Shown here: positions 53,293 through 61,597 of the stretch, one piece after another
How the letters are laid out: each line of letters starts with the position of its first letter
Position numbering within the stretch: position 1 is the stretch's first letter
Assembly (NCBI GenBank): GCA_016792665.1
Contig: JAEUKJ010000497.1
Coordinates: 1,490 to 65,489 of the forward strand
Origin: Deltaproteobacteria bacterium
Lineage (GTDB): Bacteria > Myxococcota_A > UBA9042 > PHBI01
Direction of reading: 5' to 3'
DNA: 64,000 nucleotides
Program-made: the position numbers and the translations under genes
The notes under the pieces: model-generated
The model's database searches: none
Told to the model about the DNA's origin: nothing
The model's input: only the letters and a program-made list of their open reading frames with translations

Positions 53293-55440
53293 ATGATGCG
53301 CGCAGCCCGGTTTTCGACCCCGTCCCTCCTGGTGATCCAGCTCCTGGTGGTCGCGCCGGGCCTGACGCTGCTCAGCGGCTGCCCCGACGACACGCAGCCT
53401 GGCACGGACACGGTCGACACGACCGACCCGCTGCCCGACGGTCAGCAGTGCGAGGCGGGCACCGTCGTCGCCTGCATCGAGGAGCGCACCCCGAACGCGC
53501 GCTTCTGCGCGGCCGATGGGGTCTCGACCTTTGTCGACAAGTGCCCGGGCGAGGACGGCATCTGCTTCCAGGACAAGTGCATCAACGTCGACATCAACGG
53601 CGGCATCTGCCTCCCGGGTGAGGTCCAGGCCTGCGTGGCCGAGGGCGGCAAGGAAGCGCTGATCTGCAACCAGTCGCGCACCGCCTTCGTGCCGCAGATC
53701 TGCAAGGGCGACGACGGGCTCGACTCGCAGTGCCGGGACAAGGCCTGCACCACGTGCTTCCCGGGCGTCAAGAAGTGCGGCGACGAGCAGACGGTCCTCG
53801 TCTGCAAGCCCGATGGCTCGGACTACGAGGTCTTCTCGCGCTGCAACGGCAGCTCGCAGATCTGCACCGGCCAGTTCTGCGAAGAGCTGTGCGAGCGCAA
53901 CATCAAGTTCAACAGCTACATCGGCTGCGACTACTTCGCGGTCGACCTCGACAACGCCTTCGTCCCAGGCGGCAACGAGGGCTTCTTCGACGCGGCCGGC
54001 GCGCAGTTCGCGGTGGTCGTCGCCAACCCGCCGGACGCGACCCTGCCGGCCATCGTCGAGGTCAACCAGCTGGAAGGTGGCGTGGTCGAAAAGGTCCTCT
54101 TCGACAGCAAGGGCAACCCGCTGCCGACCGAGCCGCTCATGCCGGGTGAGCTTCGTACGCTGAAGCTCCCGCGCCGCGACGTGAACGGCACCACCATCGG
54201 TCCCCTGGCCTACAAGGTCAGCGCCAACGTCCCGATCATCGCCTACCAGTTCAACCCGCTCGAGAACGAGAACGTGTTCTCGAACGACGCGAGCCTGCTC
54301 CTGCCCGCCGCGCTGCTCGGCCAAGAGTACATCGTCATGACGCGCGAGCAGACCTTCAACGAGCTGCGCAGCTACATCACTGTGGTCGGCATCCTCGAGG
54401 GCGAGACCACCGTGGCGGTCACCGTGGCCGGCCCGACCCAGCCCGGCATCGCCTACGAAGGCGACCCGAACCGCCAGGCCGCGATGCCGCACATGAACCC
54501 GGGCGAGACCAAGATCTTCAAGATCAACCAGTACGACGTGCTCAACCTCGAGACCGACCGACCCGGCGCAGATCTGACCGGCACGCGCGTCGTCGCCGAC
54601 AAGCGCGTCGCGGTCTTCGGCGGGTCCGAGGCGGCCAACGCGCCGAACACCGCCCGCTGCATCAACATCGATCCGGTGACCAGCCAGGGCGTCTGCGAGT
54701 GGGACAAGAAGACCACCTGCAGGACGCTCCTCGACTGCGTGAACGCCGGCTTCAACACCTGCTGCGCCGACCACCTCGAGCAGCAGATGTTCCCGCTGAA
54801 GACCTGGGGCTCGAGCTACATCGCCTCGAAATCCTGGGACCGCGGGCTGTCGAAGGACATCTATCGCATCATCGCGGGCGCCGACAACACGCGCATCGTG
54901 CTCGTGCCGCCGCAGCCGAACGTGGTCGTCCCCATCCTGCAGCGCGGCGGCTTCTTCGAGTTCGAGAGCTCGGGCAACTTCGAGGTGCGGGCCCAGGACA
55001 AAAAGCCCATCCTCGTCGGGCAGTTCCTGGCGGCCCAGGACGCCCCCGACCCCAACGTCGGCGGCGTCGGCACGGCGGGTGATGCGGGCACCGGCGACCC
55101 GGCCTTCATGCTCCTCATCCCGCTCGAGCAGTACCGCACCGACTTCGTGGTGCTGGCCCCGGCCGAGTACGCCGCGAACTACATCAACGTCACGGTGCCC
55201 ACGGGCGCGAGCGTCCAGGTCGATGGCGAGGATATTCCGCCCGGCTTCTTCACGCTCATCGGGTCGGGAGAGTATAGCGTCTACCGCCAGCTCATCGTGC
55301 CGGGGACCCACACGATCCGTTCGAGCGAGCGGGCCGGAGTCATCGTGTACGGGTGGGACCAGTACGTGTCCTATGCCTATACCGGTGGGACCGATCTGCA
55401 GGAAATCCGCACCGAGAACCCGCTGACGCCCGGCAACTGA
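53293..55440 (+). CDS. lipoprotein with Cys-rich repeats and an IgGFc-binding-protein N-terminal-like beta-helix domain
   Basis: MMRAARFSTPSLLVIQLLVVAPGLTLLSGC (lipobox) is followed by a DT linker and about 25 Cys in 170 aa. Later motifs: YKVSANVPIIAYQFNP..NDASLLLPAALLGQEY, DLTGTRVVADKRVAVFGG, CCADHLEQQMFPLKTWG, GDPAFMLLIPLEQY and GVIVYGWDQYVSYAYTGG. Confidence 0.75.
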   Translation: MMRAARFSTPSLLVIQLLVVAPGLTLLSGCPDDTQPGTDTVDTTDPLPDGQQCEAGTVVACIEERTPNARFCAADGVSTFVDKCPGEDGICFQDKCINVDINGGICLPGEVQACVAEGGKEALICNQSRTAFVPQICKGDDGLDSQCRDKACTTCFPGVKKCGDEQTVLVCKPDGSDYEVFSRCNGSSQICTGQFCEELCERNIKFNSYIGCDYFAVDLDNAFVPGGNEGFFDAAGAQFAVVVANPPDATLPAIVEVNQLEGGVVEKVLFDSKGNPLPTEPLMPGELRTLKLPRRDVNGTTIGPLAYKVSANVPIIAYQFNPLENENVFSNDASLLLPAALLGQEYIVMTREQTFNELRSYITVVGILEGETTVAVTVAGPTQPGIAYEGDPNRQAAMPHMNPGETKIFKINQYDVLNLETDRPGADLTGTRVVADKRVAVFGGSEAANAPNTARCINIDPVTSQGVCEWDKKTTCRTLLDCVNAGFNTCCADHLEQQMFPLKTWGSSYIASKSWDRGLSKDIYRIIAGADNTRIVLVPPQPNVVVPILQRGGFFEFESSGNFEVRAQDKKPILVGQFLAAQDAPDPNVGGVGTAGDAGTGDPAFMLLIPLEQYRTDFVVLAPAEYAANYINVTVPTGASVQVDGEDIPPGFFTLIGSGEYSVYRQLIVPGTHTIRSSERAGVIVYGWDQYVSYAYTGGTDLQEIRTENPLTPGN

Positions 55441-55451
55441 GGAGACGAGGC

Positions 55452-58400
55452 ATGCATCGACATCTGAGCACGACCCGCCGCGACGCAGCCCTGGCTTTCG
55501 CGTCCCTCTTCGCGCTGTCTCTCGTCGCAGGCTGCACCGACGACGTCGGCGCGGGCGACACCGACACGGGCAGCGAGGTCAGCCCCGATGTCCCTGACAC
55601 CAGCCCACCCGACACGACCGAGGGCGATACGTCGCCCGATGGTGACACCTCGGTCCCCGAAGACACGGCGGGCCCGGTCGACACGGACCCGGGGGACACG
55701 GCGGCCGAAGCGCTGACCCTCACCCAGGTGCTCCCGGGCAAGGGCCTGACCATCGGTCTCGAGCAGGTCGAGCTCGTCGGCACGGGCTTCTTCCAGGGGA
55801 TCCAGGTCACCTTCGGCGAGAGCCTGGCCCAGGACGTGTTCGTCCTGAACTCGAAGCGCCTCATCGTGCTCACGCCGCCGCGCGGCCCAGGCCTGGTCGA
55901 TGTGCGCGTCGCCGACCCCGACAGCGGAGCCTCGGCCCTCCTCGAGGCGGGCTTCCTCTACTACTCGCCCATCGCCATCACCTCGATCGAGCCCGAGACC
56001 ACCCACATCCTCGGCGGCGAGCGCATCACCGTGCGCGGCAACGGCTTCGTGCCCGGCTCGGTGCTGCTCATCGGGCGACGCTCGGCCATCCAGACCCAGG
56101 TCCTCGACAACAACACCATCACGGCCCTGGCGCCTGCGGGCGAGAAGTCCGGCCCGGTCGACGTGCGCGTCTCGAACGCCCAGGGTGTCGGCCTCCTCGA
56201 TGATGGCCTGGTCTACGTGGACGTGCCGCGCATCGACACCGTCATCCCGCCGGTCGGTCCGGTCGCCGGTGGCACGCCGGTCGAGGTCCGCGGCCAGAGC
56301 TTCTACGAGCCCTTCACGGTGCTCATCGGCGGCAAGCCGCTCGAGAACCCGAAGCTCGTCTCCGAGACGCGCATCACCGGCACCGTCCCGGCCGGCACGG
56401 CCCAGGGGCCGGTCGACGTGATCTTGTCGACCCCGTACGGCACCGGCGCGCGCGCCCGCGGCTTCACCTACGTCACCGACCTCAGCCCGGGCAACGCCCT
56501 CGAGGTCCTCTCCCTCTCGCCGGTGACGGGCGTCGTCACGGGGGGCGAGTCGTTCACCATCGTGGCCAAGGGCCTCACCGCGGGTGCCACGGTCACCTTC
56601 GGTGGCGCGGCCGCGACCAGCGTCAACGTCAACCCGAACGGCCTCGTCATCACCGGTCAGACCCCGGCCGGAGCCGCCCCTGGTGCGGTCAACGTGACCG
56701 TGACCCTGCCCAACGGCCAGACCCAGACCCTCACCTCGGCCTTCACGTATCTCTCGCGTATCGAGATCGGCCAGGTCACCCCGGCGCGCGGTCCGGTCGC
56801 GGGCGGCACGGCCATCGAGATCACCGGCGAGGGCTTCCTGCCCGGGCTCGAGCTGCGCATCGGTGCCCTCTCGGCGGCCTCGGTGCAGGTCATGGGCTCG
56901 CAGATCATCAAGGCCGTCACGCCGCCCGGGGCCCCGGGTCTCAGCGACGTGGTGGTCATCCAGTCGGGTCGCGTCACGAAGAAGCCCGACGCCTTCACCT
57001 ACGATGCCCCGTATGCGCTCTGGGCCGTCGACCCGCCGCTCGGCGCGCAGGCGGGCGGCACGCAGGTCTCGCTCATCGGCGCGGGCTTCCCGGCCGACGC
57101 CAAGGTGAGCTTCGGGTCGCGTCAGGCGACCCACGTGCAGGTCGTCTCGCCGACCCTCATCCTGTGCAAGAGCCCGCCGGGCGACCTCGGCACGGTCTCG
57201 GTGTCCCTCGCGTCGACCACCGCGGGGCAGACCTCGCTGGCCGATTCGTTCACCTACTACGACCCGACCAGCGCCTATGGCGGGACCTGGGGCGGGAGCA
57301 TCGACAACGATGTGAACGTGACGGTGCTCAGCTCGGGCGGTGGTGCCCCGATCCCCGACGCCTTCGTCATGCTGTGGACCGACCCCCGCACCCCGTACCA
57401 GGGCTTCACCAACGAGCGCGGACAGATCACCTTCTCGGGCGTGGACCTCGCGGGTGAGCAGATGGTCTCGGCCTCGAAGCCCGGGTTCTCGCGCGCCTCG
57501 GTGGTCGAGTACAACGCGACCAACGTGACCCTCTACCTGAACCCGACCACCCCGCCCTCGCCCGGCAATCCGCCGACCATCGAGCCGGCGGTCATCCGCG
57601 GCATCGTGACCAACCTGGACAAGGCCCTGCCGATCCCGTTCGGCAAGTGCTCGAACAAGTTCGGCGCGCCGTCGCCGCTGTGCCGCACGTGCACGAGCGA
57701 CACCGACTGCGGCGCCGGGCATTGCTCGGAGCTCCCCGACCAGTTCCCCGGCGGCGAGTCAGGACGCTTCTGCACGACCGACTGCACCAGCAACGCGCAG
57801 TGCCCGAGCGACTTCATGTGCGTGCCGCTCGTCGCGGGCCAGGCCCAGCAGTGCGCGCCCAAGGCCGGCGTCATCACGGCGTTCTGCGACATCACCAACG
57901 AGTCGATCTTCAGCGACGACGTGGTGGCCGACCCCGGCATCCGCGTCGACTCCGAGGCCCGCTTCGAGATGGACCCGGGCCGCTTCGGCGAGGTCGCGGT
58001 CTACTGCACGGGCGGCGTCTACGACGCGACCTTCGGCGAGTTCACGCCGCTCGTCATGGGCGTCGAGCGCCACCTCCTGGTGCTGCCCGGTGACGAGATC
58101 GAAGTCGAGATCGAGCTCGACCATCCCCTCGGTCGCACCCAGTACGTCACACTCGATCCGGTGCCGCGCGGCCCCGAGGGTCCGAACTTCAACTACATCT
58201 TCCCCTACGTCGACCTCGGCAGCGACGGCGTCATCTTCCTCCCGACCCAGGCCGGGTTCGTCGACGGCGAGCCGTTCATCCTCGAGCACTTCCTCTCGGG
58301 TCTGACGGGCGATCTCTACGACGCCTCGTTCACGTTCCTCGGCGGCTCGTTCAGCTTCACCGACACGAACCTGCCCTACACCCTGACCCTGCACCAGAAC

Positions 58401-59633
58401 CTCACGCGCCTCGACGACGACACGATGTACTACCTCGACGCCACCGGGACCTGGAAGGCGCAGCGGACGGGCGTCACGAAGAACGTCAACGGCCTCTTCT
58501 GGGGCGGCGAGAACCTCGTCGGGGTCGGGTCCAAGGGGCTCATCGTGCGCTCGGTCGGCGACGCCTGGGCCTCGCAGGAGTCGGGTGTGCGCGAAGACCT
58601 CCGCGCGGTGCACGGCGCGGGCAGCGAGATCGTCGCGGTCGGTGACCTCGGCAACATGACCCGCTGGGACGGCTTCCGCTGGCAGCCCATCGCCTCGCCG
58701 ACCGTGTCCGATCTCCGCAGCGTCTGGCTCGCCTCGCCGACCGAAGGATGGGCTGTCGGCGCCTACGCGACCCTGCACCTCCAGAACGGCACCTGGACCG
58801 CGTTCCCGGGCGCGGCCGCGGTGCGCAACCTCTTCGGCGTCTGGGGCTTCGCGGCCAACGATGTCTGGGCGGTCGGCGCCTCGGGCACGATCCTGCGCTG
58901 GGACGGCATCGCGTGGAACAGCATCGCGTCGGGCACGAACCTCGGCCTGCGCGCGGTCTGGGGTGCGGCCCCCGATGACGTGTGGTTCGTCGGCGAGGGC
59001 GGCATCGTGCTGCGCTGGAACGGGGTCGAGGTGAAGAAGGTCTCGATCGACACGACCCAGACGCTCACCGCGATCTGGGGCAAGAGCGCCTCGGACATCA
59101 CCGTCGTCGGGCGGCGCTCGACCGCCTTCAAGTGGAACGGCGCGGTGTGGGCGAAGATCCCGCTCGGCGCGTCGGCGACCAACATCGACTTCTTCGCCAT
59201 CGGTGGCCCCGCGACCGGCACCGGCACGACGGTCATGACCGGCTCGCACGAGCTCGTCCTCGGCCCCATCCTCGCGGTCCCCGAGAAGATGAGCCCCGGC
59301 AACGGGGCCCTCATGGGCAACGACTACCGCATCTCGTGGCAGGCCCAGCCGGGCACCGACCCCCACTTCAGCTACGTCGAGGTCGCGATTCCGACGCTGT
59401 TCGGACCCGTGGCCGAGTGGACGATGATCAACGACTACGATGTGCAGTCGATCCTCTTGCCGGACTTCCCGAGCATCGAGGGCACCCCGGGTATCGACCC
59501 GGGCACGAAGTACCTCACGATCTACCGGATCTACAAAGAGGGCTTCGATATCGACAACTACTCCAATACCGACATCAACCAGTTCGGGTGGCGCTCTTGG
59601 TCCGTCAATCAGGTCATTTTCTCCAAGCTCTGA
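55452..59633 (+). CDS. giant lipoprotein (1393 aa): six IPT/TIG-like repeats, a CarboxypepD_reg-like domain, a Cys-rich module and a C-terminal beta-propeller
   Basis: ATG 55452 follows GGAGACGAGG and gives MHRHLSTTRRDAALAFASLFALSLVAGC, then a DT linker. Six repeats of about 85 aa follow the pattern I..V.P..GP.AGGT.V.I.G.GF......V.FGG........V.....I...TP....G.VDV.V (about 55720..57260). The Cys module lies at about 57640..57890. Blades such as VWAVGASGTILRWDGIAW occupy about 58480..59250. Confidence 0.8.
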   Translation: MHRHLSTTRRDAALAFASLFALSLVAGCTDDVGAGDTDTGSEVSPDVPDTSPPDTTEGDTSPDGDTSVPEDTAGPVDTDPGDTAAEALTLTQVLPGKGLTIGLEQVELVGTGFFQGIQVTFGESLAQDVFVLNSKRLIVLTPPRGPGLVDVRVADPDSGASALLEAGFLYYSPIAITSIEPETTHILGGERITVRGNGFVPGSVLLIGRRSAIQTQVLDNNTITALAPAGEKSGPVDVRVSNAQGVGLLDDGLVYVDVPRIDTVIPPVGPVAGGTPVEVRGQSFYEPFTVLIGGKPLENPKLVSETRITGTVPAGTAQGPVDVILSTPYGTGARARGFTYVTDLSPGNALEVLSLSPVTGVVTGGESFTIVAKGLTAGATVTFGGAAATSVNVNPNGLVITGQTPAGAAPGAVNVTVTLPNGQTQTLTSAFTYLSRIEIGQVTPARGPVAGGTAIEITGEGFLPGLELRIGALSAASVQVMGSQIIKAVTPPGAPGLSDVVVIQSGRVTKKPDAFTYDAPYALWAVDPPLGAQAGGTQVSLIGAGFPADAKVSFGSRQATHVQVVSPTLILCKSPPGDLGTVSVSLASTTAGQTSLADSFTYYDPTSAYGGTWGGSIDNDVNVTVLSSGGGAPIPDAFVMLWTDPRTPYQGFTNERGQITFSGVDLAGEQMVSASKPGFSRASVVEYNATNVTLYLNPTTPPSPGNPPTIEPAVIRGIVTNLDKALPIPFGKCSNKFGAPSPLCRTCTSDTDCGAGHCSELPDQFPGGESGRFCTTDCTSNAQCPSDFMCVPLVAGQAQQCAPKAGVITAFCDITNESIFSDDVVADPGIRVDSEARFEMDPGRFGEVAVYCTGGVYDATFGEFTPLVMGVERHLLVLPGDEIEVEIELDHPLGRTQYVTLDPVPRGPEGPNFNYIFPYVDLGSDGVIFLPTQAGFVDGEPFILEHFLSGLTGDLYDASFTFLGGSFSFTDTNLPYTLTLHQNLTRLDDDTMYYLDATGTWKAQRTGVTKNVNGLFWGGENLVGVGSKGLIVRSVGDAWASQESGVREDLRAVHGAGSEIVAVGDLGNMTRWDGFRWQPIASPTVSDLRSVWLASPTEGWAVGAYATLHLQNGTWTAFPGAAAVRNLFGVWGFAANDVWAVGASGTILRWDGIAWNSIASGTNLGLRAVWGAAPDDVWFVGEGGIVLRWNGVEVKKVSIDTTQTLTAIWGKSASDITVVGRRSTAFKWNGAVWAKIPLGASATNIDFFAIGGPATGTGTTVMTGSHELVLGPILAVPEKMSPGNGALMGNDYRISWQAQPGTDPHFSYVEVAIPTLFGPVAEWTMINDYDVQSILLPDFPSIEGTPGIDPGTKYLTIYRIYKEGFDIDNYSNTDINQFGWRSWSVNQVIFSKL

Positions 59634-61597
59634 CGATCCTCTCCGCGACCGCGGCGCTAGCGGGTCTCACCGCTTGCGGCAGCGAGCTCGAAGGGGCCTT
59701 CGCGACGGACACCGTCGACACGACCGACACGGTCGAGGTCTCGGACACCGACGTGCAGGACACCGACACCGTCGACACGGTCGATTCGAGCGGGGACTCC
59801 TCGCCCGACACGGCCGACGCCGACACGGTCGAGGCGGACACGCGCGACACGACGCCCGAGGTCGACACGGCCCCACCGCCCGAGTGGGAGACGGTCTCGC
59901 TGGGCGACGAAGGTCGCGTCGATGCGCTCCAGCTCGTCAGCGACACCCTCGGCTTCGCGGCCAGCGGCGGGCGCGTCCTGCGCTGGGATGGTCGCCTCTG
60001 GTCGGCGTTCGGCGACCCCTTCGACACCGACGTACGCGGCGTCTACGGCACGAGCGACCTGGTCGTCGCGGTCGGTGACGGGGGGCGCGTGGCGACGCGT
60101 CCGGCCGATGGCAGCGAGGCGTGGACCGCGATCGGCGGCGCCCCCGAGGTGCACCTGCGCGCGGTGGTCTTCCGCACGAAAGACGACATCTTTGTCGCAG
60201 GTGACAAGGCGACGGTCGCGCACTGGGACGGCGCGGCGTGGTCCACCAGGTTCACCAGCAACCTCATCAACCTGCGCGCCATGTACCTGCGCGCGGGCTC
60301 GACGGGCGACGACGGGGTCTACTCGGTCGGCTCGGGTGGGCAGCTCGTGGCCAAGGTCGGCGATGCGTGGCGCGCGACGCAGATCGCCGCCAACACCGTC
60401 ATCCTCACCGACATCCTCGGACTCCCCAACGGCACCCTCATCGCCGTCGGCAACGAGCACACCATCACGGCCAAGGGCCCGAACGACCCGACCTGGAAGG
60501 GGCAGACCACGGCCGACGAGCGCAAGCGCGACGTGGCCGGGCTCGCCCTCGGCGCCGACGGTGTCGTGCGCGCGTTCGGGTCCGCGGGCCTCGTGCTGGC
60601 TCAGTCCGGCGTGGTCTGGAACCTGGCGACGGGCGCCTCGGTGGCCGCGGGTCTCAAGGACTTCGCGGTGGCTGACGCCTCGCCGACCGGCCCGCTGGTC
60701 ATGGCGCTCGGCAAGGACGGCGGTGGCGTGCGCTTCGACGGCACCACCTGGGCCTCGCTCGCGACCTCGCCCGAGGCGACCATCACCGACTTCGCCGCGG
60801 GTGCCTCAGGCGCGATCTGGGCGACCGGCTCGCGCGGCTTCCTCGCGCGTCACGATGCCTCCGGATGGAGCAGCGTCCCGGTGCCGACCACCAACGACCT
60901 GCACTCGGTCGATGTCACGGCCGGGGGGATCGCGTGGGTCGTCGGGGCCAAGGGCACGGTCCTGCGCGTGGCCCCGGGTGAGAAGCCGGTGCTCGTCACG
61001 ACGCCCATCCCGTTGGACCTCTACGGGGTCGTCGCGGTCGGCGAGGGTGCGGTCGCGTGCGGTCGCGGCGGTACCCTCCTCGCGGTGACCGAGGCAGGCG
61101 TGGTGGTGCAGGCCTCGGGCACGACGGCCGACCTCAAGGCGATCACCAAGGGCGGTGATGGCCGCATCTGGATCTCGGGCTCGTTCGGCGCCCTCCTCCG
61201 CCTGCCCGCCGATGTCGGTGGCGTGGTCGAGGCGATCGCCAGCGGCATCGGTGGCTCGCTGAACGACCTCGCCGCGTCGTCCGACGGCGTCTACGCGGTC
61301 GGCGACAACGGCACCATCCTGCGCGCGACCGCGACCAACGTGACGGTCGAGGCCGAGTCTCCGGGCCGCTTCCTCTACGCCGTGGCGACGGGTGCGAATG
61401 GGCGCGCGGTGGCCGTCGGCTCGGGTGGGGCGCTCTTGCGCAAGACCGCCAGCGGCTGGGTCGCGGACGTCCCGACGGAAACGGGCGCCACCTTCGAGGC
61501 GGTCTATCTCGCGGCCGACGGCAGCGTCGCCATCGCGGGTGGCATCTATCGCGTCTCGCACGTCGAGACGCGCCTCACGCCGGTGGAGGCCCCATGA
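59588..61597 (+). CDS. lipoprotein with about 14 beta-propeller blades (Ycf48/BNR-like repeat pattern)
   Basis: This is the frame of ORF 58982..61597. The start is GTG 59588 or TTG 59597, giving (M)ALLVRQSGHFLQALTILSATAALAGLTAC (lipobox) and overlapping the upstream gene end (59633). A DT linker follows. I counted 14 xGxxGxhhxh blades (ASGGRVLRWDG, VGDGGRVATR, ... VGSGGALLRK). Confidence 0.7.
   Translation: MALLVRQSGHFLQALTILSATAALAGLTACGSELEGAFATDTVDTTDTVEVSDTDVQDTDTVDTVDSSGDSSPDTADADTVEADTRDTTPEVDTAPPPEWETVSLGDEGRVDALQLVSDTLGFAASGGRVLRWDGRLWSAFGDPFDTDVRGVYGTSDLVVAVGDGGRVATRPADGSEAWTAIGGAPEVHLRAVVFRTKDDIFVAGDKATVAHWDGAAWSTRFTSNLINLRAMYLRAGSTGDDGVYSVGSGGQLVAKVGDAWRATQIAANTVILTDILGLPNGTLIAVGNEHTITAKGPNDPTWKGQTTADERKRDVAGLALGADGVVRAFGSAGLVLAQSGVVWNLATGASVAAGLKDFAVADASPTGPLVMALGKDGGGVRFDGTTWASLATSPEATITDFAAGASGAIWATGSRGFLARHDASGWSSVPVPTTNDLHSVDVTAGGIAWVVGAKGTVLRVAPGEKPVLVTTPIPLDLYGVVAVGEGAVACGRGGTLLAVTEAGVVVQASGTTADLKAITKGGDGRIWISGSFGALLRLPADVGGVVEAIASGIGGSLNDLAASSDGVYAVGDNGTILRATATNVTVEAESPGRFLYAVATGANGRAVAVGSGGALLRKTASGWVADVPTETGATFEAVYLAADGSVAIAGGIYRVSHVETRLTPVEAP

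Noticed and set aside
53101-59366. Minus-strand ORFs of 736, 781 and 535 aa (53101..55311, 55377..57722, 57759..59366), plus 62122..63795
   Set aside because: All are antisense to the lipoprotein operon. They are Arg/Asp/Gly/Val/Glu-rich, lack signals and motifs, and have poorer third-position GC logic than the plus frames.
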